This document shows positions 22,630 through 31,123 of a DNA stretch of 47,667 nucleotides, in pieces. The DNA is from Myxococcota bacterium (GTDB lineage Bacteria > Myxococcota_A > Polyangia > Polyangiales > Sandaracinaceae), in assembly GCA_036149055.1 (NCBI GenBank), contig JAYZQJ010000169.1:1-47667 (forward strand), in the 5' to 3' direction. The stretch's first letter is position 1. The number at the start of each line of letters is the position of its first letter. A program made the translations under genes and the position numbers. The notes under the pieces were generated by a model. The model searched no databases, was not told the DNA's origin, and saw only the letters and a list, made by a program, of their open reading frames with translations.

Positions 22630-24798
22630 ATGCGCGGTCTCCGTCTGCAGCTCGGGCTGGTGCTCGCGGCCTCGGCGCTGTGGGCTGCGCTGCCGCACCC
22701 GAGCTTCGCCGCGTGGCTCGGGAGCTACGCCGCGGTCTGGCTGGTCGCGCAGGCGCTGGTCGCGCGGACGGGCTGGCGCTGGACCCTCGGGCGCGGGCCG
22801 ACGCTGGCCCTCGGCGCGCTCCTGCTCGCGGCGCCGGTCGCGCGGGCGATCGAGGCGTGGGGCCCGCTGCTCGAGCGCGAGCGCCTCGACGGAGTCGCCC
22901 ACCTGACTGCGGCCCGGCTCCGACTCGAGCGCACGCCGAGCGTGGCCCCGCCGCTGGTGAGCGCGGATCGACCGCAGACCTTTTACCTGCACGCCGACGG
23001 CGACGCGGTGGCGCTGCGGCTGGGCGACGGCGGCCCCAGGCTCGAGGCGACGCCGCTCGGTCACGGCCTCTTCCGGGTCGCGTACGATCCTCGCCGCGAC
23101 GGGCTCGCCGACCCGCCGGACGGCGCGCTCGAGGCGACGATCGAGGTCGACGGCGAGGCCCACCGGCGCGAGCTGCTCGCCGTCCGGCCGCTGCCCCACC
23201 CCCGCGCGCTCGCGCCCTCCCCGTCCCGCGCCCGCGCCGCCGCGGTGAGCGAGGAGACGGACGAGCTGGCGGTGATCGATCGCGAAGGCCACCTCGAGCG
23301 CGTCGAGGTGCTCGACGGCCCGACCGACGTCGCCTGGCTGGACGAGGCGCGCGTGATCGTGACCCACCGCTACGCCGACGCCGCGATCGTCGAGGGCGAC
23401 GCGGTGACCCCGATCGACACGGGCCCGCTCTGCGTGCACGTAGCGGCGCGAGACGGAGTGGCGGCGGCGAGCTGTCACCGCGCCCTGGTGGTGATCGAGG
23501 ACGGTCGCGTGCGACGGCGCGCGCTGAGCTTCCAGCCGGAGCACGTCGCCTTCGGGCCGGCGGACACCCTGGTGGTGAGCAGCCGCCAGCCCCCCGCGCT
23601 CCATCGGCTGCGGCTCTCGGACCTGGAGCCCGACGTGGCGCCGCTCTTCCTCGGGCGCCCGGCGGTGACGATGGCCGCGGAGGGCGGCGTGGCGGTGGTC
23701 GCGGTGACCGACTTCCGGCCCGACGGCCCGGCGCACCTCGGCAACCACTTCGTCGACGACCAGCTCGTCGACGTCGACCTCGCGGCCTGGCGCCCGATCG
23801 CCTGGCACCGCACCGCCGCCCGCACCGCCCGGCAGCGCGCGCCCGGCGACGTCGATCGCGGCGTCTCTCCGCTCGGCGTCGATCTGGCCCCGGACGGCAC
23901 GCGCTGGGTGGCCTTCGCCGGGACCGACGACGTCTGGGGGCTCCGGGACGGTCGCGCGCCGACGATGATCGCGCTCGAGCACACGCTGCCGACGCCGGTG
24001 TCGGTGGCCGCGCTGTCCGGAGACCGGATCGCCGTCGCGTCGGCCGCGTTCGGCGCGATCGCGATCCACGCCGCGAGCGGACGACCGATCGCGCTCGCCC
24101 GCCTCGCCCCCGACGACGCGACGCTGATGCGAGACGACGAGGCCGCGCTGATGCGCCGCGTCGGCGAGCGCAGCTTCTACGAGAGCACGCGGAGCGGGGT
24201 GAGCTGCCAGAGCTGTCACCTCCACGGCGGGAGCGACGGGCAGCGGCACAACATCGGCGGCGGCGCGCTGGTGGCCACGCTCGACGCGCGCGGGGCGCTC
24301 GGCACGCCGCCGTTCCTGCGCGACGGCGGCTACCCCACCCTCGGCAGCCTCGACGAGCTCGCGCGCACGCTCTACCGCGGCTACCTCCGGCGCCAGGGCG
24401 GGCGGCGGGTCGGGCTCGATCGCTGGCTCGCGTCCCAGCCCCGCCCGACGCCGCCCGCGCAGCTGCTCGGCCGCGATCTCGCGCGCGAGCGGCGAGGGCT
24501 GGACGCGTTCGTGCGGGCGCGCTGCGGGCTCTGTCACGCCTTCCCCGCGTTCACCAACCTCGGGCAGCACCCGGCCGAGACGATCTTCCCGGACTTCGCC
24601 GCCTCCCACGCCGGCTACGAGCTCGACACGCCCTCGCTGCTCGGGCTCGGGGAGAGCGCGCCCTACCTGGTGGACGGGCGCGCCGAGACGCTCGCGGCGA
24701 TCTTCACCGACCACGACGCCGCGCGGCGACACGGCTACGTCGAGGCGCTCGACGAGGCCGCGCTCGCGGACCTGCTGCACCTGCTGGAGGGCCTGTGA
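22630..24798 (+). CDS. Membrane-anchored beta-propeller plus di-haem cytochrome c peroxidase/MauG-like protein
   Basis: About 3 N-terminal TM; YVTN-like blades (DGPTDVAW, QPEHVAF, SPLGVDLAPDG); CQSCH and CGLCH; DTPSLLGLGESAPYLVDG. Confidence 0.82.
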   Translation: MRGLRLQLGLVLAASALWAALPHPSFAAWLGSYAAVWLVAQALVARTGWRWTLGRGPTLALGALLLAAPVARAIEAWGPLLERERLDGVAHLTAARLRLERTPSVAPPLVSADRPQTFYLHADGDAVALRLGDGGPRLEATPLGHGLFRVAYDPRRDGLADPPDGALEATIEVDGEAHRRELLAVRPLPHPRALAPSPSRARAAAVSEETDELAVIDREGHLERVEVLDGPTDVAWLDEARVIVTHRYADAAIVEGDAVTPIDTGPLCVHVAARDGVAAASCHRALVVIEDGRVRRRALSFQPEHVAFGPADTLVVSSRQPPALHRLRLSDLEPDVAPLFLGRPAVTMAAEGGVAVVAVTDFRPDGPAHLGNHFVDDQLVDVDLAAWRPIAWHRTAARTARQRAPGDVDRGVSPLGVDLAPDGTRWVAFAGTDDVWGLRDGRAPTMIALEHTLPTPVSVAALSGDRIAVASAAFGAIAIHAASGRPIALARLAPDDATLMRDDEAALMRRVGERSFYESTRSGVSCQSCHLHGGSDGQRHNIGGGALVATLDARGALGTPPFLRDGGYPTLGSLDELARTLYRGYLRRQGGRRVGLDRWLASQPRPTPPAQLLGRDLARERRGLDAFVRARCGLCHAFPAFTNLGQHPAETIFPDFAASHAGYELDTPSLLGLGESAPYLVDGRAETLAAIFTDHDAARRHGYVEALDEAALADLLHLLEGL

Positions 24799-25391
24799 CC
24801 CGGGCGGTCTACGCGGCGACGCTGGGCGTCGGGCTCGCGCTCCTCGCGTGGGGCGCCGCCGCCGTCACCTGGCCGCTGGAGCGCGCGCTCTTCTGGATCC
24901 GGTCGAGCGGCTGGCTGGCCGCCGGGCTGCTGCTGCTGGCGATCCTGGTCACGCCCCTCGCGCGCCGCCTCCGCTCGCCGTCCAGGGCGCTGCCCTCGCT
25001 GCGGCGCGCGCTCGGGATCTCGGCCGCGGCCAGCGCCACCGCGCACGCCGCCCTCTCTCTCGGCACCCACCTGGACGGAGCGTGGGCGCAGGTCGCGTCG
25101 CTGGCCTGGCTCCGGGCGGGCGCGCTCGCGTGGCTCGTGCTCGCCGCCCTCTGGCTGACCAGCTACCCGGGCGCGGTGCGCGCGCTGCGGGTGAAGCTCT
25201 GGAAGCCGCTTCACCGCCTCGCGCTCGTGGCCGCCCTCCTCGCCTTCCAGCACGCGCTCCTCTCGCCCCTCGCGGCGCGCGGCTGGGTGCTCGGCGTGTT
25301 CGGCGTCGCGGCCGCGGCGTGGCTCACCCGGCTGATCCCTCAGGGCCGCAGCTCGACTCCGTCCCAGGCGAGCAGCCAGTCGCAGACCTGA
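24795..25391 (+). CDS. MsrQ/YedZ-like ferric-reductase transmembrane cytochrome b
   Basis: Tail of shadow ORF 21450..25391; GTGA overlap with upstream stop; SGWLA, LVTPL, RRALG, three His (TAHAA, WKPLHRL, FQHAL), LTS. Confidence 0.85.
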   Translation: MTRAVYAATLGVGLALLAWGAAAVTWPLERALFWIRSSGWLAAGLLLLAILVTPLARRLRSPSRALPSLRRALGISAAASATAHAALSLGTHLDGAWAQVASLAWLRAGALAWLVLAALWLTSYPGAVRALRVKLWKPLHRLALVAALLAFQHALLSPLAARGWVLGVFGVAAAAWLTRLIPQGRSSTPSQASSQSQT

Positions 25392-25857
25392 TCGACGAGC
25401 GCGGTGGCGCCGACCGTCTTCTGGATGACGCCGGCCGCGCCCGCCCGCGCGCAGATCGTCTCGAGCGCGCCCCGATCGAGCGCCGACCAGAACACCACGC
25501 GGGTGGCGCTCAGTTTCCGGAGGGGGCATGCGCCCCCTCCCGCCCGACCGGCAAAGCCGGCTCGGGCTCCCACCCCATCTCACGCGCTCACGCGCGTGGA
25601 AGCTGCGGCAATATTTGCCGCATCTTCAGCTCGCCGTCGGCCCGCACCAGCTCCACCAGGGACGGGCCGTCGAGGCCGGGCATGGTCACGTCGAGCAGGA
25701 CCAGCGCCGGACGGTGGGTGGCGATGGCGGTCAGCGCCCCGAAGCCGCCGTGCTGCCGGACGACCCGCGCCCGCGTCCCCCGAAAGGCCAGCTCGACGAG
25801 CCGGAGCATCTGCTCGTCGTCGTCGATCACGAGGATCACTGCCGGGTTCGGCGACAT
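25340..25857 (-). pseudogene. Single-domain response regulator interrupted by a 116-bp insertion
   Basis: N half MSPNPAVILVIDDD..LLDVTMPGLDG..ADGEL; C half SATRVVFWSA..AGAAGVIQK in another frame; deleting 25514-25629 restores a 133-aa ORF. Confidence 0.85.
25514..25629. mobile_element. 116-bp non-autonomous palindromic element (MITE/PATE/REP-like)
   Basis: TCAG at 25510-25513 and 25626-25629; hairpins GGAGGGGGC-ATGC-GCCCCCTCC, GCCCGACCGGC-AAA-GCCGGCTCGGGC, TGCGGCAA-TAT-TTGCCGCA. Confidence 0.8.
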
Positions 25858-25929
25858 GCCCGTCCCCAGGGTAGGCCCTCGTTCGTTCGTCGGGCCAGAT
25901 TCCCGAGTCGTACCTGATATACTCGGGGC

Positions 25930-26961
25930 ATGACACGCGGCCTGGGCGCGGTGGCGTCGCTTCGCGTCACCGGCGCCGGCGACACCCACATCGGGGGACG
26001 AGAGCACAACGAAGACGCGGTCCTGCTGCGTCCGGACCTCGACCTGTACCTCGTCGCCGACGGAGCCGGCGGGCACAACGCGGGCAACGTCGCCTCGACC
26101 CTCGCCACCACCACGGTGGCCCACTACTTCGAGTCCACGCTCGAGCAGGCGAAGGAGGCGCCGGCGTACGACGCGATGGGCCTGTCCTGGGCCGCGCGCC
26201 GCCTCGCCACCGCCTTCCAGCGCGCCAACCGCGAGGTCATCGAGATCGCGCGGAGCTCCGAGCAGAAGAAGGGCATGGGCACGACCCTGGTCGCCGCCTA
26301 CTTCGACCTCGCGCACTCGATGCTGGTCCTCGGCCACGTGGGCGACAGCCGCTGCTACCGCCTGCGCGGCGGGCTGCTCGAGCGGCTCACCCAGGACCAC
26401 ACGCTCATCAACGACGTCCTGGAGCTGAAGCCGGACATCGACGCCGACAGCGCCGCGAAGCTGCCGCGCAACGTCATCACCAACGCGCTCGGCATGGACG
26501 AGAAGGTCCGGGTCAGCGTCCGCACCCACCAGGTGATGCCGGGCGATCGCTACGTGCTCTGCTCGGACGGGCTGACCGACGAGGTCGACGACGGGCAGAT
26601 CCAGCAGGCCATCCAGCTCGCGAGCACCCCGGACGAGGCGGTGCGGCTGCTGATCGATCTCGCGGTCGACCAGGTCCCGCGCGACAACGTCTCGGCGCTC
26701 GTGCTCCTCTGTGGCCTCGCGCCCGGCGTCGGCCGGCTGCCCGAGCAGTCGGTGCCGCCCCGGCGGACCTACCCGGAGGAGCACGACGCGGTGCTCATCG
26801 TGGACGACGACGACGACGAGGAGTCCATGGAGGTCCTCATCGTCGAGGATCCCGAGGACGACGACGCGCCCGAGATCCAGATCGTCGAGGATCGCCCGGC
26901 CACCGACGCCGGCAAGCGCCGCCGCCCGGACGAGACGATCGTCCACAAACGCAAGCCTTGA
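25930..26961 (+). CDS. PP2C-family Ser/Thr phosphatase with acidic tail
   Basis: REHNED, VADGAGGH, MGTT, HVGDSRCY, TQDH, LCSDGLT, DNVS. Confidence 0.93.
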   Translation: MTRGLGAVASLRVTGAGDTHIGGREHNEDAVLLRPDLDLYLVADGAGGHNAGNVASTLATTTVAHYFESTLEQAKEAPAYDAMGLSWAARRLATAFQRANREVIEIARSSEQKKGMGTTLVAAYFDLAHSMLVLGHVGDSRCYRLRGGLLERLTQDHTLINDVLELKPDIDADSAAKLPRNVITNALGMDEKVRVSVRTHQVMPGDRYVLCSDGLTDEVDDGQIQQAIQLASTPDEAVRLLIDLAVDQVPRDNVSALVLLCGLAPGVGRLPEQSVPPRRTYPEEHDAVLIVDDDDDEESMEVLIVEDPEDDDAPEIQIVEDRPATDAGKRRRPDETIVHKRKP

Positions 26962-27822
26962 TCAGGCGGCCCGGGCCTGGAGCCCGCACGCCGCGGCGAA
27001 GGCCCGGCAGTCCTCGAAGCGGTCGCGCGGCGCCTTCGCGAGGGCGCGCATGACCCCGTCGGCGAGCGCGCGAGGCACGGCGGGGCGCAGCTTCGAGAGG
27101 GGCTCGGGCGGGCGGATCATCGCGCCGAGCACGTCGCGGATCTCCCCGCCGCCGATGTCGTGCGGCGGCCGGCCGGCGAGCATCTCGTAGATCGTGGCCC
27201 CCGCGGCGTAGACGTCGGTGCGCGGCGTGGGCGCGTCGCCGAAGAGCTGCTCGGGCGCCATGTAGCCCACCGTGCCGACGACCACGTCGGGCGCGGTCAC
27301 CCGGCTCCGTGGATCGCCGAGGTCGCGGCCGATGCCGAAGTCGATGAGCTTGGGCGCGTGCGGCTGGCCGCGCACCAGGAACACGTTGGCCGGCTTCACG
27401 TCGCGGTGCACGACCCCGGCGTCGTGGGCGGCGCTGAGCGCGTCGAGCAGGATCGCGGCGAGGGCCTGGGCCTCCTCGAGGTCCATCCAGAAGCGCCCGT
27501 CGAGGTGCGACTCGAGCGTGATCCCGTCGAGCCGCTCCATCGCCAGGTAGGCCTTGCCGCCGGCGAGCGGCCCGGCCTCGTGCACCCGCACGATCGCGGG
27601 GTGCCGGAGGCTCTCGGTGATGCGGGCCTCCCGGAACAGCCGCTCTCGCTCGGTCACCCGGTGCTCCGGCTCGGGGTCGAGCACCTTGACCGCGCAAGGG
27701 CGACCGTCGGCGCGCTCGGCCGCGTAGACGATGGACGAGCCCCCGCGACCGAGGGGTCGCCCGAGCACGTACCGTCCGGCCAGCCGGGTCCCGGGTCGAA
27801 GCGTCCTCCGCGCGTCACTCAT
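26962..27822 (-). CDS. Cytoplasmic Ser/Thr protein kinase
   Basis: GRGGSSIVY, CAVK, HRDVKPANV, DFG, GTVGYMAPE; start ATG 27822. Confidence 0.92.
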   Translation of the reverse strand: MSDARRTLRPGTRLAGRYVLGRPLGRGGSSIVYAAERADGRPCAVKVLDPEPEHRVTERERLFREARITESLRHPAIVRVHEAGPLAGGKAYLAMERLDGITLESHLDGRFWMDLEEAQALAAILLDALSAAHDAGVVHRDVKPANVFLVRGQPHAPKLIDFGIGRDLGDPRSRVTAPDVVVGTVGYMAPEQLFGDAPTPRTDVYAAGATIYEMLAGRPPHDIGGGEIRDVLGAMIRPPEPLSKLRPAVPRALADGVMRALAKAPRDRFEDCRAFAAACGLQARAA

Positions 27823-27949
27823 GCGGCGCCGAAAGTGCAACAATCGCGCCCCCGTTCACGGCGGTCGAAGCGGGCCGGCGGCGTTGCTCACTCCGGCACA
27901 ACGCGTGACACCCGTGAAGTCGCGGCACGGTTCGCGGTAGCGTCGCGCG

Positions 27950-30850
27950 GTGGGTGGAGCCTTCGCGCTCGGCTGGATCCTCGCCGCGCTCGGGTGCGTG
28001 CTGCCGGGCGTGGTGCTGGTGGCGCGGCAGCCCTGGACGGCCGCCGAGCGGCTCGCGGCCGGCGCGGGCCTCTCGCTCGTGGCGCTCGGCGTCATCTCGG
28101 GCGCCACCTACCTGGCCGGCCTCCCGCCCTGGACGAATCTCGCGCTGCCGCTCGTCGCCCTCGGGGCCGCCTGGCCGAGGCGGCGCGCGCTCCGGCGGCT
28201 GTGGGTCGACGGCCGGGAGGGCCTGCTCGCGTTCGCGCTGCTCACCGCCGCGTTGCTGGCGCTGCTCGCGCTGATCCGCGTCTACGGCGGCGGCGACTGG
28301 TGGGGCGACTGGCTCGGTCACTACGAGCGCGCCCGGCTCTTCGCCGACCGCGCGCCTCCGGGCACGACGATCTTCGTCGACGACGTGATGCCGTCCCGGC
28401 CGCCGCTCGCGAACCTGGCCGTCGCGGCGCTGCTCGGTGGAGGCGGCTACCCGGTCTACCAGCTGTCCTGCGTCTGGATCGCGGCGACGGCGTTCTTCGG
28501 CGTCTGGCTGGCCGCCGAGCGCGCGGGGGCCGGCGCGCGGAGCCCCTGGTGGGCAGCGGCCCTGATGGTGGCCAGCCCGGTCTACGTCCAGGGCGCGCTC
28601 TACCCGTGGACCAAGGCGGCGACCGCCGCGCTCGCGGTCTGCGGGGCGCTCTTCCTCGAGCGCGCGTCACGGGACGGAGACCGGCGCCGCCTCCTCGTCG
28701 CCTGCGTGTGCCTCGGCGCGGCGCCGATCGCGCACTACTCCGCCCTCCCCTTCGCGATGCTCGGCGCCGCCTGGCTCCTCTTCGCGGCCCGCCTGCCGCT
28801 CGCGGCGCGGGCCTCGGCGGCGGCGTCGCTCTTCGCGCCGCTGGCGGCCTGGCTGGCGTGGGCGTCGGCGACCTTCGGGCGGGCCGCGGCGCTCGGGAGC
28901 TCCACCACCGCCCGCGCGATGGAGGGGGCCAGCGCCGAGTGGCTCGTGACCCGCGTGGGCGTGAACCTGCTGAGCACCCTCGTGCCCCACGTGGCGCGCG
29001 ACGTCGACCGCGCGATCCTCGAGCAGCCGTCGACGCTCGGCTGGATCCGCGACGTCGTCTTCCTCTGCCTGCAGACCAACGCCGTGCTCGCCCTGGGGCT
29101 GCTCGGCCTGCCCGTCCTCGTCGCCAGCGCGCGGCGCCGGCGTCCGTCTCGCCGGAGCGTGGTGTTCTTCGGTGGGCTCGCGGCGCTCACGCTCGCGGTG
29201 AACGTGGCCGCCCATCCGTGGCCGTCGCCCTACGGGGTCGCGCACATCGGCGGCCTGCCGCTGGTGCTGCTCGGGCTCGGGTGGCTGGCGGCGGTGGCGA
29301 GCCGGAGCCGCGCCTGGGCGCGCTGGCTCGCGATCGGCGCCGCGGTCGACGTCACGCTCGGGATCGCGCTCCACGTGGGTCTGGCCGCGACCCCGATCGA
29401 TCCGGGCGGCGCGCGGCTGGGTCGGCTCGTGCACGACAACGCGCGCATCGCGGTCGAGCAGGGCGTCACGCTGCTCGGCGAGGCGCTCGGGCCGGCCCAC
29501 GTGTGGCTCGCGCCGGTGGCCGCGGGGGCGGCGCTCGCGATCTTCGCCCGGGCCTTCGGGGCGCGCCTCGACGCCCGGCGCGGAGCCCTCGGGGCGGCCG
29601 CCGTCTTCGGCGTCGCGGGGCTCGTGTTCCTGCAGCTGGAGGTCCCCGCGGTCGCGGGGCCGGACTACTTCCGCTGGCCGTGGACGTCGGTCGCCGCGGC
29701 GCGCTTCTGGCCGCTGTGGGGGCTCGCGGTGGGCACGCCGCTCTTCTTCGCGGCGTGGCAGCGCGCCCGGCGCGGGCGGCTCGCGGTCGCGTGGCTCTGC
29801 GTGGCCGCCGGGGCCGCGAGCCTGCTGCCGCACCTGCTGCGCGGCGGCGACCTGCGCGTGATGGTCGCGCTGCTCGAGAGCGAGACGGTGCACGGCTACG
29901 CGACGAGCGCGGCCGCCCTCTGCGACTCGGGGACGCTCTGGTCGCGCTGGCCGGCGACCCTGCCCGCGCAGCCGATGCACGTGAGCACCCACCCGCCGGG
30001 GCTGGTCGCGCTCTGGTGCGGCGCCCGCGCGGCGACCGTCGCGCCGGCCGCGCTCATGGCCGCCCTCCTCACCGTCGCCGCGGCCGCGTCCCCCTGGGCG
30101 GTGCACGGCCTCGGTCGGGCGCTCGCGCCGCGCTCCGCCTTCCTCGCCGCGACCTTCGCCGCCCTCAGCCCGACGATCGCCGCCTTCGCGCCCTCGTTCG
30201 ACGCCGCCTACGTGCCCCTCGCCTGCCTCTTCCTCTGGGCCGTGCACCGCAGCCCGGACGCGCGCTGGGCGATCGCGCTCACCGGGGTGCTCGCGTTCGC
30301 GCTCAGCCAGCTGGCCTACACGCTCGTGCTGCTCGGGCTGCCGGCCGCGGTGCTGCTCGGCGCCGGGCCCACGACCAAGCCCACGTGGAGGCTGGCGTGG
30401 AGGCCCGCCCTCGGCGCGGCCGCCGTGGCCGTCGGCTGCCACGTCGTGTTCTCGCTGATCACCGGCTTCGATCCGCTCGCCACCCTGGAGGTCGCCCTCG
30501 CGAACCAGGCCGAGCACCTGGAGCTGCTCGCCGACCGGCGGCTGCCCCGAACCCTCGGCTGGGACCTCGCGGACTGGGCGCTCGCCGGCGCCTTCACCCT
30601 CCCCTGGCTGGCGCTCCGCGCGCCGCTCCGCCTCCGCCTGCTCGCGCTCCTGCCACCGGTGGTGGTGGCGGTCTGCGGGGTGACGCCGGGGGAGACCTTC
30701 CGGCTCTGGTCGATCTTCTTGCCGGGCCTCTGGATCGCGGCCGCCGCCGGGCTGCGGGACGCTTCGCCCCGGGCGCGCGCCGCCCTGCTCGCGCTGACCC
30801 TCGTCGTCTCGGCGACGATCGGCCGGCAGCTCGCCTTCGTCTGGCTGTGA
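27950..30850 (+). CDS. Large polytopic membrane protein, probably two fused GT-C-type glycosyltransferase modules
   Basis: 966 aa, many TM segments; module 1 GDWLGHY..SRPPLANL; module 2 HVSTHPPG..SFDAAY..GETFRLW. Confidence 0.65.
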   Translation: MGGAFALGWILAALGCVLPGVVLVARQPWTAAERLAAGAGLSLVALGVISGATYLAGLPPWTNLALPLVALGAAWPRRRALRRLWVDGREGLLAFALLTAALLALLALIRVYGGGDWWGDWLGHYERARLFADRAPPGTTIFVDDVMPSRPPLANLAVAALLGGGGYPVYQLSCVWIAATAFFGVWLAAERAGAGARSPWWAAALMVASPVYVQGALYPWTKAATAALAVCGALFLERASRDGDRRRLLVACVCLGAAPIAHYSALPFAMLGAAWLLFAARLPLAARASAAASLFAPLAAWLAWASATFGRAAALGSSTTARAMEGASAEWLVTRVGVNLLSTLVPHVARDVDRAILEQPSTLGWIRDVVFLCLQTNAVLALGLLGLPVLVASARRRRPSRRSVVFFGGLAALTLAVNVAAHPWPSPYGVAHIGGLPLVLLGLGWLAAVASRSRAWARWLAIGAAVDVTLGIALHVGLAATPIDPGGARLGRLVHDNARIAVEQGVTLLGEALGPAHVWLAPVAAGAALAIFARAFGARLDARRGALGAAAVFGVAGLVFLQLEVPAVAGPDYFRWPWTSVAAARFWPLWGLAVGTPLFFAAWQRARRGRLAVAWLCVAAGAASLLPHLLRGGDLRVMVALLESETVHGYATSAAALCDSGTLWSRWPATLPAQPMHVSTHPPGLVALWCGARAATVAPAALMAALLTVAAAASPWAVHGLGRALAPRSAFLAATFAALSPTIAAFAPSFDAAYVPLACLFLWAVHRSPDARWAIALTGVLAFALSQLAYTLVLLGLPAAVLLGAGPTTKPTWRLAWRPALGAAAVAVGCHVVFSLITGFDPLATLEVALANQAEHLELLADRRLPRTLGWDLADWALAGAFTLPWLALRAPLRLRLLALLPPVVVAVCGVTPGETFRLWSIFLPGLWIAAAAGLRDASPRARAALLALTLVVSATIGRQLAFVWL

Positions 30851-30856
30851 CCGGGC

Positions 30857-31060
30857 TCAGGGTCGCGTGGGCCGGAGATCGGTGACGTCGGGCTCCTTGG
30901 ACCAGCGATCGTGGGGATCGTCGAACGCGCCGCCGCGCTGGATGGCGCACGCGAAGCAGAGGATCTCCTCGTCGGAGATGGCGAAGACCCGGTCCTCGGC
31001 CGCGACCTCGGCGCCGCAGGACGCACACTGTTCGAGCCCTTCGGCTTCGGAGCGATGCAT
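30857..31060 (-). CDS. Small C4 zinc-finger protein
   Basis: 67 aa; CASC...CFAC; fills the gap between larger genes. Confidence 0.7.
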   Translation of the reverse strand: MHRSEAEGLEQCASCGAEVAAEDRVFAISDEEILCFACAIQRGGAFDDPHDRWSKEPDVTDLRPTRP

Positions 31061-31123
31061 GCCGGCGAAATACGCACGCGGGGTCGCCGCTCAAGGGGAT
31101 TCGGTGTAGGGCTCCGGCGACCG

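Noticed and set aside
24795..25391. Canonical msrPQ operon
   Set aside because: No MsrP molybdopterin subunit nearby, so the msrQ symbol was not assigned
25514..25629. Self-splicing intron or IStron in the response regulator
   Set aside because: 116 nt is too short for a group I/II catalytic core and no conserved intron motifs were recognised
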